A program made the translations under genes and the position numbers. This document shows, piece by piece, positions 31,240-41,043 of a DNA stretch of 64,000 nucleotides (within the stretch, counting starts at the first letter, position 1; each line of letters starts with the position of its first letter). The stretch comes from Pseudorhodoferax sp. (GTDB lineage: Bacteria > Pseudomonadota > Gammaproteobacteria > Burkholderiales > Burkholderiaceae_C). The notes under the pieces were generated by a model that saw only the letters and a list, made by a program, of their open reading frames with translations, was not told where the DNA came from and ran no database searches. The DNA lies in NCBI GenBank assembly GCA_049840715.1, contig JASGJO010000012.1, positions 2,376 through 66,375 of the forward strand. Reading direction: 5' to 3'.

Positions 31240-32114
31240 TGGCCAGCAGCTCCGATGTCGACACCGTCGGCATGTCCTACCTGGACTCGATCCCGCGCAA
31301 GGCGGTGACGGTCTACCTGCCGCTGCTGGTCTTCCTGATCGTGCTGCTGTTCCCGTTCTACTGGATGGTGATCACCTCGATCAAGCCCGACGCGGAGCTG
31401 CTCTCGCGCGAGGGCAACCCGTTCTGGGTGGTCAAGCCCACGCTCGTGCATTTCCACAAGCTGCTGTTCGAGACCACCTACCCGCAGTGGCTGTGGAACA
31501 CGGTGCTGGTCTCGGTGGTGTCGACCTTCGTGTCGCTGGTGGCCTCGGTGCTGGCCGCCTATGCCATCGAGCGGCTGCGCTTCAAGGGCTCCAAGCATGT
31601 CGGGCTGTCGATCTTCCTGGCCTACATGGTGCCGCCGTCCATCCTGTTCATCCCGCTGGCCAGCGTGGTGTTCAACCTGGGCCTGTTCGACACGCGGCTG
31701 GCGCTGATCCTGACCTACCCGACCTTCCTGATCCCGTTCTGCACCTGGCTGCTGATGGGCTACTTCCGCTCCATCCCGATGGAGCTGGAGGAGTGCGCGC
31801 TGATCGACGGCGCCTCGCGCTGGCAGATCCTCGTCAAGGTGGTGCTGCCGCTGGCGGTGCCGGGCCTGATCTCGGCCGGCATCTTCGCGTTCACGCTGTC
31901 GTGGAACGAGTTCATCTACGCGCTGACCTTCGTCTCCTCGTCCGAGGTCAAGACCGTGCCGGTGGGCGTGGTGACGGAGCTCGTGCAGGGCGATGTCTAC
32001 CAGTGGGGGCCGCTGATGGCCGGCGCGCTGCTGGGCTCGCTGCCGGTGGCCTTCATCTACTCGTTCTTCGTCGAGTACTACGTCTCGGGCATGACGGGAT
32101 CGGTCAAGGAATGA
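31239..32114 (+). CDS. Sugar ABC transporter permease
   Basis: LEECALIDGAS EAA loop, FTLSWNEF. Confidence 0.92.
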   Translation: MASSSDVDTVGMSYLDSIPRKAVTVYLPLLVFLIVLLFPFYWMVITSIKPDAELLSREGNPFWVVKPTLVHFHKLLFETTYPQWLWNTVLVSVVSTFVSLVASVLAAYAIERLRFKGSKHVGLSIFLAYMVPPSILFIPLASVVFNLGLFDTRLALILTYPTFLIPFCTWLLMGYFRSIPMELEECALIDGASRWQILVKVVLPLAVPGLISAGIFAFTLSWNEFIYALTFVSSSEVKTVPVGVVTELVQGDVYQWGPLMAGALLGSLPVAFIYSFFVEYYVSGMTGSVKE

Positions 32115-32218
32115 GGGCGGGGCGGCGCGCCGCCCTGCCGACCGTCCATCGCCTCGTTCGGACCGCAGGGCGGCCCACGCCCGCCCCGTGCGCCACCCGG
32201 CCATAGACTCCTGCGCCC

Positions 32219-33307
32219 GTGATCCACGGAGAGTCTTCCCGCACTGTCCTGATGGCCGACGACTTCCACCGCTTGCCCCGGCTCGTGTACCCGCTGCGCA
32301 TCATCGGCATGGGGCTGGGCGCGGTGGTGGCCATGGTCGTGCTGCACGAGCGCCACGCCGCGCCGGCGGTCTGGGCCGTGGTGGCCTGCGGCGGCTTCGT
32401 CTGGCCGCACGTGGCCTGGTGGCTCACGCGGCGCAGCAGCAACCCGCAGCGCGCCGAGGTGCGCAACCTGCTCGTCGATTCGGCCATCGCGGGCGCCTTC
32501 GTGCCGCTCATGCAGTTCAACCTGCTGCCCAGCGTGCTGCTGGTCACGCTGACCATGGTGGACAAGATCAGCACCGGCATCCGGCTGCTGTGGCTGCAGT
32601 CGCTGCCCGGCATGCTGGCGGCGGGCCTGCTGGCCGCCTGGTGGATGGACGCACCCATGGCCCCCGAGAGCAGCATGCGCGTGGTGCTGGCCTGCCTGCC
32701 CATGCTGGTGATCCACACGCTGTCGGTCAGCGTGTCGAGCTACCGCCTGATCCGCCGGGTCTCGCGCCAGAACCGCCTGCTCGATGAACTGGGCCGCATC
32801 GATCCGCTGACCGGCCTGTACGGCCGTGCCTACTGGGAGCAGCAGGTGCGCGACGCGCAGCGGCGCCATGCCGAAACCGGCGAGTCGGCCTGCCTCATGA
32901 TGCTGGACATCGACGGCTTCAAGCTGATCAACGACGGCCTGGGCCACACCGTGGGCGACGACGTGATCTGCGCGCTGAGCCGCATCGTGCGCGATTGCGT
33001 GCGCACGAGCGACTGCGCCGGCCGCTACGGCGGCGACGAGTTCGCGATCCTGCTGCGCGGGGCCGACGTCGCCCAGGCGCAGGAGATCGCCCAGCGCATC
33101 CGCCTGGAGGCCGAGAACCACCGCTTCCGCGACCATGCGGAACTGCGCTTCACGAGCAGCATCGGCATCGCCGCCTTGCAGAAGCACTACGCGAGCACGC
33201 GCGACTGGGTGGCCGCGGCCGACGCCGCGCTCTACCAGGCCAAGCGGGCGGGGCGCAACCGGGTGGAGCTGCGCCCGCCGAGCCGGCGCGCGCCGCTGTC
33301 GGCCTGA
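32219..33307 (+). CDS. Diguanylate cyclase, MASE2-GGDEF (AdrA-like)
   Basis: TM region with WPHVA..NLLVDS; DPLTGL, RYGGDEF, RxxD I-site (RTSD); start is GTG 32219 or ATG 32252. Confidence 0.9.
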   Translation: MIHGESSRTVLMADDFHRLPRLVYPLRIIGMGLGAVVAMVVLHERHAAPAVWAVVACGGFVWPHVAWWLTRRSSNPQRAEVRNLLVDSAIAGAFVPLMQFNLLPSVLLVTLTMVDKISTGIRLLWLQSLPGMLAAGLLAAWWMDAPMAPESSMRVVLACLPMLVIHTLSVSVSSYRLIRRVSRQNRLLDELGRIDPLTGLYGRAYWEQQVRDAQRRHAETGESACLMMLDIDGFKLINDGLGHTVGDDVICALSRIVRDCVRTSDCAGRYGGDEFAILLRGADVAQAQEIAQRIRLEAENHRFRDHAELRFTSSIGIAALQKHYASTRDWVAAADAALYQAKRAGRNRVELRPPSRRAPLSA

Positions 33308-33310
33308 GCT

Positions 33311-33424
33311 TCAGCGCCGGGTGGTGGTCTTGTCCGACTTGCGGCCACCGAGGTATTGGCGGGTCAGCTTGTAGACCACGATGACGATGAAGACGGCGAA
33401 GAGCAGCCAGTTGATGGGTTCCAT
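33311..33424 (-). CDS. 37-aa single-TM small protein (not in ORF track)
   Basis: MEPINWLLFAVFIVIVVYKLTRQYLGGRKSDKTTTRR; nearly all codons end in G/C; TAAGCT -10 upstream. Confidence 0.7.
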   Translation of the reverse strand: MEPINWLLFAVFIVIVVYKLTRQYLGGRKSDKTTTRR

Positions 33425-33488
33425 GGACAGGGCGGTGCGAACGGGCCGCGCAGCTTAACGCGGCGGCCTGGCATGGCCGTGGATGGGC

Positions 33489-34865
33489 CTAGAGCTGGAA
33501 GGCCACTGCGAGCAGCAGCCCCTCGGCGATGTCGCGGCCCAGCCCCGGCGTCTCGGCCTGGTAGGGCAGGCCCAGCGCACGCTGGCCCTCGATCCACTGC
33601 GCGAGCCAGCCGATCTCGGCCGCGCCGTAGAACACCACGCCGGCCTCGTGGTTCAGGAGCAGGCTGCGCAGGTCCAGGTTGATCGAGCCGGCCAGCGCCA
33701 GCTGTTCGTCGACCACCACGGCCTTGGCGTGCGACATGGCAGGCAGCAGGTGGAAGGCTACGCCGGCCTCGGCCAGGTCGCGCATGGCGCGGCTGCGCGC
33801 GAAGTCGGCCAGGCGGTGGTTGGATTCGGCCGGCAGCACGATGTCCACGGCCACGCCGCGGCGAGCGGCGCGGCGCAGGGCGTCGCGCAGCGCGTCGTCG
33901 GGGATGAAGTAGGGCGTGGCCGCCAGGATGCGGTGTTCGGCGCGGTAGCAGGCGTCGATCAGCAGCGCATGGGCCGTGTCCTCGGCCTGGTCGGGGCCGC
34001 TGGGCAGGAACTGCGCGGGCACGCCCGGGACCACGGGCGGGGTCGGCGCCACGGTGCGCGGCGGGGACTGGCGCACGGCGCTCCAGTCGCGCTCGAACTG
34101 CCAGGCCGCGGCGCCGGCCACCGGGCCTTCGATGTCGAAGGACAGGTCGGTCCAGGCCGCGATGCCGGCATCGCCCTCGAAGTACTCGGCCGCCAGGTTG
34201 CGCCCGCCGCTCCACAGCCGGTGGTCGTCGGCGATCGCCAGCTTGCGGTGGTTGCGCAGGTTGCGCGGGCCGTTGTCGCGCAGGCTCAGCAGGGGGCGGA
34301 ACACGGCCACCTCGCCGCCGGCCGCGCGCAGCCGGTCGAAGTGCCGGCGCGGCAGCTGCAGCGCGCCGAAGCCGTCGAGCAGCACGCGCACCTGCAGGCC
34401 GGCGCGTGCGCGCTGTGCCAGGCGCTCGACCACGGCATCGCCGAACGCGTCGCGGCCGATGATGAAGGTGCTGATGTCCAGCCGGTGCTGGGCGCCGGCG
34501 ATGAGCTCCCACAGCGCCGCGCGCGCCTGCGCACCGTCGGCATGGAAGCGCGCGCGGTTGGTGCTGGGCGGCGCGAGCTCGAAGCCGTCCAGCAGGTCGG
34601 CCGCCCAGTGCGTGAAGCGCGCGGGGCGGCTGCCGCGCAGGCGTGGCCGGCCCAGCGGGCGCAGCTTGCGCCGGCCGAACAGCAGGAACAGCGGCAGCAC
34701 GAGGTAGGGCAGCAGCGCCAGGCCCATGACCCAGGCGATGGCCGTGGTCGGCGCGCGCGGCTGGCGCCGCGCCCGGTTGGTCAGGATGTAGACGAGGACC
34801 GCCAGCGCGCTGAACAGCAGGTGCTGCGAGACGCTGGGCAGCCAGGCGATCAGGGCATGCGCCAC
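33489..34865 (-). CDS. cls: Cardiolipin synthase / phospholipase D family
   Basis: Two HKD motifs (NHRKLAIAD, SHAKAVVVD), N-terminal TM pair, PSGPD, TPYFIPD. Confidence 0.9.
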   Translation of the reverse strand: MAHALIAWLPSVSQHLLFSALAVLVYILTNRARRQPRAPTTAIAWVMGLALLPYLVLPLFLLFGRRKLRPLGRPRLRGSRPARFTHWAADLLDGFELAPPSTNRARFHADGAQARAALWELIAGAQHRLDISTFIIGRDAFGDAVVERLAQRARAGLQVRVLLDGFGALQLPRRHFDRLRAAGGEVAVFRPLLSLRDNGPRNLRNHRKLAIADDHRLWSGGRNLAAEYFEGDAGIAAWTDLSFDIEGPVAGAAAWQFERDWSAVRQSPPRTVAPTPPVVPGVPAQFLPSGPDQAEDTAHALLIDACYRAEHRILAATPYFIPDDALRDALRRAARRGVAVDIVLPAESNHRLADFARSRAMRDLAEAGVAFHLLPAMSHAKAVVVDEQLALAGSINLDLRSLLLNHEAGVVFYGAAEIGWLAQWIEGQRALGLPYQAETPGLGRDIAEGLLLAVAFQL

Positions 34866-34874
34866 CGCCGAGGA

Positions 34875-35981
34875 TCAGCCCCAGACGTCCTGGGCGGTCT
34901 CGACCACGAGCCGCAGCTTGTCGCGCTGGGCCTGCACGGCGATGTTGTTGCCGTGCACGGTGCTGGAGAAGCCGCACTGCGGGCTCAGCGCCAGCTGCTC
35001 GAGCGGGGCGTAGCGCGCGGCCTCGTCGATGCGGCGCTTCAGGTCGTCCTTGCTCTCCATCTCGCCGAACTTGGTCGTCACGAGGCCCAGCACCACCGTC
35101 TTGCCCTTGGGCAGGTAGCGCAGCGGGCGGAAGTCGCCCGAGCGGTCGTCGTCGTACTCGAGGAAGTAGGCGTCCAGGTCCATCTCCTTCAGCAGGGCCT
35201 CGGCCACGGGCTCGTAGTTGCCGGCGGCCGCGTGCGTGCTCTTGAAGTTGCCGCGGCACAGGTGCATGGCCAGCAGCATGCCGGCGGGCTTCTGGGCGAC
35301 CACCTTGTTGATGAACTTCGCGTAGCGGTGCGGCAGCTCGTTGGGGTCGTCGCCGCGCTGGCGGGCGGCCTCGCGCATCTTCTCGTCGCACAGGTAGGCG
35401 AGGTTGGTGTCGTCCATCTGCACGTAGGTGCAGCCGGCCGCGGCCAGTGAACGCAGCTCGTCGCCATAGGCTTTCGCCACGTCGTCGTAGAAGTCGGGTT
35501 CCAGCTCGGGATAGGCGTCCTTGCTGATGCCGGCGCGGCCGCCGCGGAAGTGCAGCATGGTCGGCGAGGGGATGGTCACCTTGGGCGTGTTGCCGGCGGC
35601 CACCTGGCTCTGGAGATACTGGAAGTCGGCCAGCTGGATGTCCCTGGCGTGGCGCACCTTGTCGATCACGCGCATCACGGGCGGGGCCAGTTCCTCGCTG
35701 CCGTCGGGCTTCCTGACCGTGACCGGGATGTCGGTCTTCACGCCGCCCAGCTGCTCGAGGAAATCGATGTGGAAATAGGTGCGGCGGAACTCGCCGTCGG
35801 TGATGCTCTTGAGACCCACGTCCTGCTGGAAGCGCACGATCTCGGCGATGGCCTTGTCTTCCACCTCGCGCAGCTGCGCGGGCGTGATCTGGCCGCTGGC
35901 CTTGCGTTCACGGGCCTCGAGCAGGTAGGCGGGCCGCAGGAAGCTGCCGACATGGTCGTAGCGGGCGGGCAGTTGGTGCAT
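34875..35981 (-). CDS. Single-domain cobalamin-independent methionine synthase II family protein
   Basis: HVGSFLRP, TDGEFRR, Zn ligands HLCRGN / FLEYD / PQCGF. Confidence 0.88.
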   Translation of the reverse strand: MHQLPARYDHVGSFLRPAYLLEARERKASGQITPAQLREVEDKAIAEIVRFQQDVGLKSITDGEFRRTYFHIDFLEQLGGVKTDIPVTVRKPDGSEELAPPVMRVIDKVRHARDIQLADFQYLQSQVAAGNTPKVTIPSPTMLHFRGGRAGISKDAYPELEPDFYDDVAKAYGDELRSLAAAGCTYVQMDDTNLAYLCDEKMREAARQRGDDPNELPHRYAKFINKVVAQKPAGMLLAMHLCRGNFKSTHAAAGNYEPVAEALLKEMDLDAYFLEYDDDRSGDFRPLRYLPKGKTVVLGLVTTKFGEMESKDDLKRRIDEAARYAPLEQLALSPQCGFSSTVHGNNIAVQAQRDKLRLVVETAQDVWG

Positions 35982-36295
35982 TGTTTCCTCCGTTGTGGGC
36001 GTGCATGGCGCAGGCGCCCTGCGGCGGAAGGCGGGCCTGCGGGCGGGCGCTTGCGGGCAGGCGCAGTGTAGTGCGCATCACGCCATGGCCTGGGGCGCCG
36101 CGGGTGCCTGGGGCTGGTTCGGCCGTGGCCGGCTTGAGATGCAGCCCTGCCATTGCCGCGCGTGAAAATCCGCCGGCCGAATACCGGGAGTTTCCCCGGC
36201 GATTTGCGCGATTTCCTCGCCGCAGGCCATTCGGATCACTGCTTCGCCGCGGACGCCAGGCGGTATGCTGCGCGGACGCATCCGCGGGAGCATTG

Positions 36296-37972
36296 ATGAA
36301 CTCCAATCCAGTCTTCCCAGGCGACATGGGCAAGACGCAGTGCCGGGACAAACTGTTGGCCGCATTGGACGACGGGCACATCTGGCCTGGATTCCAGCCG
36401 ATTGTGGACCTGCATACCGGCACCATTGCCGGGTATGAAATCCTCGCGCGCTGGACCGATCCCGCCGTCGGGGACATTCCACCGGTTGCGTTCATTCCCG
36501 TGCTCGAGCAGCTCGACCTGACGAACGACCTGACGCGCAGGCTCATGGGCAGTGCCTGCGCGGCGGCCGGCATTTGGGCCGGGGATTTCTTCCTGGCCTT
36601 CAATGTGACGCCCGCGCAGTTGATTGCCAGGGATCTGGCGGGATTGCTGGCATCGATGACCGAGGACTCGGGATTCACCTCCAAGCGGGTGGAGGTCGAA
36701 GTGACCGAGGGTTCGCTGATCTCCGACAACGATGCCGCCTTCGATTGCCTGGAAGCGCTCAACGCGCAGGGCGTCTCGGTGTCGATCGACGACTTCGGCA
36801 CCGGCTACTCCAACCTGGAGCGCCTGAGCGCCTTTCCCTTCGACAAGCTCAAGATCGACCGGCGCTTCGTCCGCGGCGTGGACCGGGACGCGGGCAAGCG
36901 GCGCATCGTCGCCTCCCTCATCGGGCTGGGCCACAGCCTGGGCATGTCCGTCGTGGCCGAGGGCATCGAATCGCCCGAAGAGGAAGCCATCATGCGCGCA
37001 CTCGGATGCAACCTGGGGCAGGGCTGGCTGTACGGAAAGGCCACCGGCGCCGCCGATGCCGGGACGCTGCTGGCGCAGCGCGGCGTGCTGGAAAGACGCC
37101 ATGGCCTGCTGGACACCTCGCCGTTCCAGCAGTTCCACCAGCTCGCCACGCTCTATGCCCAGGCGCCGGTCGGCCTGTCGTTCCTGGACAAGCAGTTGCG
37201 CCATGTGCGCGCCAATGCGCAATTCTCCAGGATGCATGGCCTGACGCCGACCCAGATCGAAGGCAAGTCGATCGCCGAATTGATGGACGCCAATGCGGCG
37301 GCCGAGGTCGAGCGCAGGCTGCGCAAGATCCTGGCGGGAGGAAATCCGGGCCCGGCGGATTACAAGATCCATGGCCGCGACGTCAGGGTCATCACGCAGG
37401 CGGTGGCCGACGTGGGCGGCGAAGTGATCGGCCTTTCTGCGGTGTCCATCGACATCACCGAGCAGAAGCGGATGATGTGGGAATTGGCCGAGAGCGAGAA
37501 ACACTTCCGGCGCAGCGTGGAACTGAGCCCGAATATCGCCTGGGCGGCGGATGCCGATGGGACCATCGACTACATGAGCCCCCTGTTCGATGAGACCGAG
37601 CAACTGACGCCTGCGCAAAGGGTGTCCCGCTGGTTCGCGAGAATCCATCCGGACGATGTGCGACGCGCGCAGACCCAATGGATGGACCATGTCAAGACCG
37701 ACGGGCCATACACCATCGAGTTCCGGATCCGCTGGGCGGACGGCAACTTTCGCTGGGTGCGCAGCCGGGCCCGGCCCTTCCGGGAGGTCGAACACGGGCC
37801 CGTGGTGCGCTGGTACGGCGTGGTGTCGGAGATCTCCGATGAGAAACGGCTGGAGGAGCGTCTCGCGCTGCTCGGGCAGACGGTAGGCGCAGCGGCCACT
37901 GGCGCACCTGGCATGCCGCCCGCGCAACCCGGCCCGGGCGTCACCCTTTCGTCCGCTTCCCGCAGGCGCTGA
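36296..37972 (+). CDS. EAL-PAS-PAS c-di-GMP phosphodiesterase
   Basis: FQPIV, EIL, FNV, EVTE, DDFGTGYS, KID, AEGIE, QG, followed by two PAS domains; SD GGGAG before ATG 36296. Confidence 0.88.
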   Translation: MNSNPVFPGDMGKTQCRDKLLAALDDGHIWPGFQPIVDLHTGTIAGYEILARWTDPAVGDIPPVAFIPVLEQLDLTNDLTRRLMGSACAAAGIWAGDFFLAFNVTPAQLIARDLAGLLASMTEDSGFTSKRVEVEVTEGSLISDNDAAFDCLEALNAQGVSVSIDDFGTGYSNLERLSAFPFDKLKIDRRFVRGVDRDAGKRRIVASLIGLGHSLGMSVVAEGIESPEEEAIMRALGCNLGQGWLYGKATGAADAGTLLAQRGVLERRHGLLDTSPFQQFHQLATLYAQAPVGLSFLDKQLRHVRANAQFSRMHGLTPTQIEGKSIAELMDANAAAEVERRLRKILAGGNPGPADYKIHGRDVRVITQAVADVGGEVIGLSAVSIDITEQKRMMWELAESEKHFRRSVELSPNIAWAADADGTIDYMSPLFDETEQLTPAQRVSRWFARIHPDDVRRAQTQWMDHVKTDGPYTIEFRIRWADGNFRWVRSRARPFREVEHGPVVRWYGVVSEISDEKRLEERLALLGQTVGAAATGAPGMPPAQPGPGVTLSSASRRR

Positions 37973-37987
37973 GCGCGCCGCGCCCGG

Positions 37988-38945
37988 CTACAGGTCCAGC
38001 ACCAGCACCGCGCTTTTCGCGCGCGAGCAGCAGGGCGTGAACTGGTCGTTCGCGGCCTTCTCCGCGTCGGTGAAGTACAGGTCGCGGTGCTCGCACTCGC
38101 CCTCCAGCACGCGCGTGACGCAGGTGCCGCAGACGCCTTGCTCGCACGAGGTCATGATCTCGATGCCGTGCGCGAGCAGGGCCTGCACCACGCTCTGGTC
38201 CCTGGCCACGGTGACGCTCTGGCCGCTGCTGGCGATGCGCACTTCGAAGCTGCCGTCGCCGCTGGTGTCCTGCGGCGCGGCGCCGAAGTACTCGAGGTGG
38301 ATGTTGGCCTTGTCCCAGCCCTGCGCGCTGGCCGTGCCGACCACGTGGTCGATGAAGCCGGCCGGGCCGCAGACGTAGACATGGGTGCCGGCCGCGGGCG
38401 TGGCCAGCAGCTGGGCGGCGGCCAGCTTCTGCGCGGCATCGCCGTCGTCGAAGTGGAAGTGCACGCGCTGCGCGCCAGGGCGCGGCCGCGATCTCGGCAC
38501 GGAAGGCCGTGCGCTCGGCCGAGCGCGCGCAGTAGTGCAACGCGAAGTCGGCCCCCAGCGTGGCCAGGCGCTGCGCCATGCAGAGCAAGGGCGTCACGCC
38601 GATGCCGCCGGCCAGCAGCAGCGTGCGCTCGGCGCGCACCAGCGGGAAGTGGTTGCGCGGCGTGCTGATGGTCAGCACATCGCCTTCCTGCACGCGCTCG
38701 TGCATGCTCTGGGAGCCGCCGCGCGTGGCCGCGTCGCGCAGCACGGCGATGCGGTAGCGGTGCGACTCCTGGTCGTCGTTGCACAGCGAGTACTGGCGGG
38801 TCCATCCGCCGGGAACCTGCACATCGATGTGCGAGCCCGCGCTGAAGGCCGGCAGCGGGCCGCCGTCCACGCGCGCGAGTTCGAAGCTGGCGATGTCCTG
38901 CGCCTCCTGCGTCTTGCGCAGGACCTTGACGGTGAGCTGCTCCAT
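37988..38945 (-). CDS. vanB: Vanillate O-demethylase reductase, frameshift at about 38475
   Basis: RQYSL, GGIGVTP in one frame; YVCGP and SCEQGVCGTC...CC ferredoxin in another; one missing G restores PWAQRVHFH. Confidence 0.88.
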
Positions 38946-38946
38946 G

Positions 38947-40023
38947 TCAGGCCGCCTGCGCGGCCGGGGCCGCCGCCTGTTGCGCTGCTTGTTCCGCTGC
39001 CTGTTCCGCCGCGATCATCTTGTCGAGCAGCTTGCGCGACTGCACGCCGCCCGCGTCGATGTTGAGCATCAGCAGCCGGCGCGCCGGGTGCAGCGCCAGG
39101 TTGCGCTGCTGGGCTTCGAGCACGGCCGTGTCTTCGGCGAAGACCTTGGCCTGGCCATCGCGGATCTGCGCCGTGAGCGCCTTGTCCTTGACGTTGAAGT
39201 TGCGCGCCATGCCCCAGAAGTACCAGTGCGAGGTCTCGGTCTCCGGCGTGATGAAGTCCACCACGATGCTGTAGACCTTCTGGTCCGCGGACGCGTGGTA
39301 GCCGCCCTGGCCGGCCAGCGCCACGCCCACCTCGATCATGATGTGGCTGGGCGGCGTGAAGCGGCAGACCTGCCAGCGGTCCACCGGCTGGTCGTCGGGC
39401 AGGTGGTTGCCGCGCAGGTTGGCACGCCAGAAGGGCGGGGCCATCACGCCGTCCATGAAGCGGCTCGTGACGACCTGGCCGTTCTCCACCTTGGTCGTGA
39501 CCGGCGTCTCGTCGATCTCCTTCTGGCCGATGCTGGTGGCGTGCACGTAGGTCTCGTGCGTGAGGTCCATCAGGTTGTCGATCATGAGCCGGTAGTCGGC
39601 CTGGATGTGGTACAGGCCGCCGCCATAGGCCCAGTCGGGATTGCCGGCCCATTCGAGGTGGTGGATGGCGGCCGGATCCGCCAGCGCGGCATCGCCGGGC
39701 CAGACCCAGATGAAGCCGTGGCGCTCGACCACCGGGAACGCGCGGATCTTCGGGAAGCCCGCCGTGCGCTGGCCCGGCATGGAGACGGTCTTGCCGTCGC
39801 AGCCCATCACGAGGCCGTGGTAGCCGCAGACCAACTGGCCTTCGCAGACACTGCCCAGCGAGAGCCTGGCGCCGCGGTGCGGGCAGAAATCCTCCAGTGC
39901 GGCGACCTGGCCGTCGGCTCCACGGTAGAACACGATGTGTTCGCCGCAGATCTGGCGGCCCAGGGGTTTGGCATCGATCTCGTCGGGCGTGCAGGCGACG
40001 TACCAGGTGTTGCGCGGGAACAT
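38947..40023 (-). CDS. vanA: Vanillate O-demethylase oxygenase (Rieske)
   Basis: MFPRNTWYVAC, CPHR..CGYHG, DNLMDLTHETYVH, LNIDAGG. Confidence 0.92.
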   Translation of the reverse strand: MFPRNTWYVACTPDEIDAKPLGRQICGEHIVFYRGADGQVAALEDFCPHRGARLSLGSVCEGQLVCGYHGLVMGCDGKTVSMPGQRTAGFPKIRAFPVVERHGFIWVWPGDAALADPAAIHHLEWAGNPDWAYGGGLYHIQADYRLMIDNLMDLTHETYVHATSIGQKEIDETPVTTKVENGQVVTSRFMDGVMAPPFWRANLRGNHLPDDQPVDRWQVCRFTPPSHIMIEVGVALAGQGGYHASADQKVYSIVVDFITPETETSHWYFWGMARNFNVKDKALTAQIRDGQAKVFAEDTAVLEAQQRNLALHPARRLLMLNIDAGGVQSRKLLDKMIAAEQAAEQAAQQAAAPAAQAA

Positions 40024-40057
40024 GCGGTCTCCGTGGGTGGTAAATAATTAGGGTTGC

Positions 40058-40131
40058 AATGTATACCGATTTAAGAGAATTGGCGTAAAAATGGCTGGAT
40101 CAGAGCGAATTACTCGGATGAATGTATACAT
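40058..40131. promoter_or_regulatory. Putative VanR operators
   Basis: AATGTATAC occurs at 40058 and 40121; ATGTATACAT palindrome at 40122-40131; AT-rich divergent region. Confidence 0.6.
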
Positions 40132-40972
40132 AGACCCCGATGGCCGCGAGGCGGGCGACGCTGGCGGATCGCAGTCGCTGCGTGCCCAGCTGCGGCTGCG
40201 CGAGCTGATCCTGGCCGGCGCGCTGGCGCCGGGGGCGCGCATCGCCGAGGTGGCGCTGGTCGAGCGCATCGGCGTCTCGCGCACGCCGATCCGCGCCGCG
40301 CTGCTGCGGCTGGAGCAGGAAGGGCTGCTGCAGGCGCTGCCCGGCGGCGGCTACGCCGTGCGCGTGTTCTCCGAGCGCGAGGTGGCCGATGCGATCGAGC
40401 TGCGCGGCACGCTGGAAGGCCTGTCGGCGCGGCTGGCGGCCGAGCGCGGCGCGCCGGCCGAGGCGCTGGCGCAGGCCGGCGCGGCGCTGGAGCAGATCGA
40501 TGCGGTGCTGCGCCACAGCGCACTCGACGACGCGCAGTGGCAGCGCTACGTGGCGGCGAACGAGTTGTTCCACCACCTGCTGCATGGCATGGCCGGCAGC
40601 GACGTGCTGGCGCGCGAGCTCGAGCGCGTGGTGCGCCTGCCGTTCGCCTCGCCCTCGGCCTTCGTCGTGCAGCAGGCCCATGCGCCGCAGGCGCGCGACA
40701 TGCTGATCGTGGCGCAGGACCAGCACCGCCAGGTGCTGGACGCCATCGCGCGGCGCGAGGGCGCGCGCGCCGAGGCCATCCTGCGCGAGCACGCGCGCAT
40801 CGCCCAGCGCAACCTGCGCGAGGCCATGGCCGCGCCGCTGCCGGGCCGCGCGCCGGGCGTGCGGCTGGTGGTGCCCGAGGCCGCGCCGCCGCCGTTCGCC
40901 TCCCATGCCGCGCCCGCGGCGGCCGCGCCGCGGCGCCGCGGCCGGCCACGTAAAGACGCCGCCGCGCGCTGA
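40118..40972 (+). CDS. vanR: GntR-family regulator with C-terminal AT-hook-like tail
   Basis: LRELILAG..GVSRTPIR HTH, LPFASPSAF, QDQHRQVLDAI; divergent from vanAB; alternative start 40091. Confidence 0.88.
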   Translation: MNVYIDPDGREAGDAGGSQSLRAQLRLRELILAGALAPGARIAEVALVERIGVSRTPIRAALLRLEQEGLLQALPGGGYAVRVFSEREVADAIELRGTLEGLSARLAAERGAPAEALAQAGAALEQIDAVLRHSALDDAQWQRYVAANELFHHLLHGMAGSDVLARELERVVRLPFASPSAFVVQQAHAPQARDMLIVAQDQHRQVLDAIARREGARAEAILREHARIAQRNLREAMAAPLPGRAPGVRLVVPEAAPPPFASHAAPAAAAPRRRGRPRKDAAAR

Positions 40973-41043
40973 AGCTATCGCACAATGCGCGACCGAAAGC
41001 GGCCACGGACCCGTTCGATTCCCAGACCAATGAAGGAGATGAC

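Noticed and set aside
35982-36170. Possible SAM/SAH/cobalamin riboswitch upstream of the metE-like gene
   Set aside because: I recognised no conserved aptamer core, only a TACACT -10 and GC-rich sequence. An Rfam/Infernal scan would be decisive.
38950-39012. Short tandem repeats at the vanA 3' end (AAEQAAEQAAQQAA)
   Set aside because: A low-complexity Ala/Gln tail after the conserved domain; probably neutral slippage.
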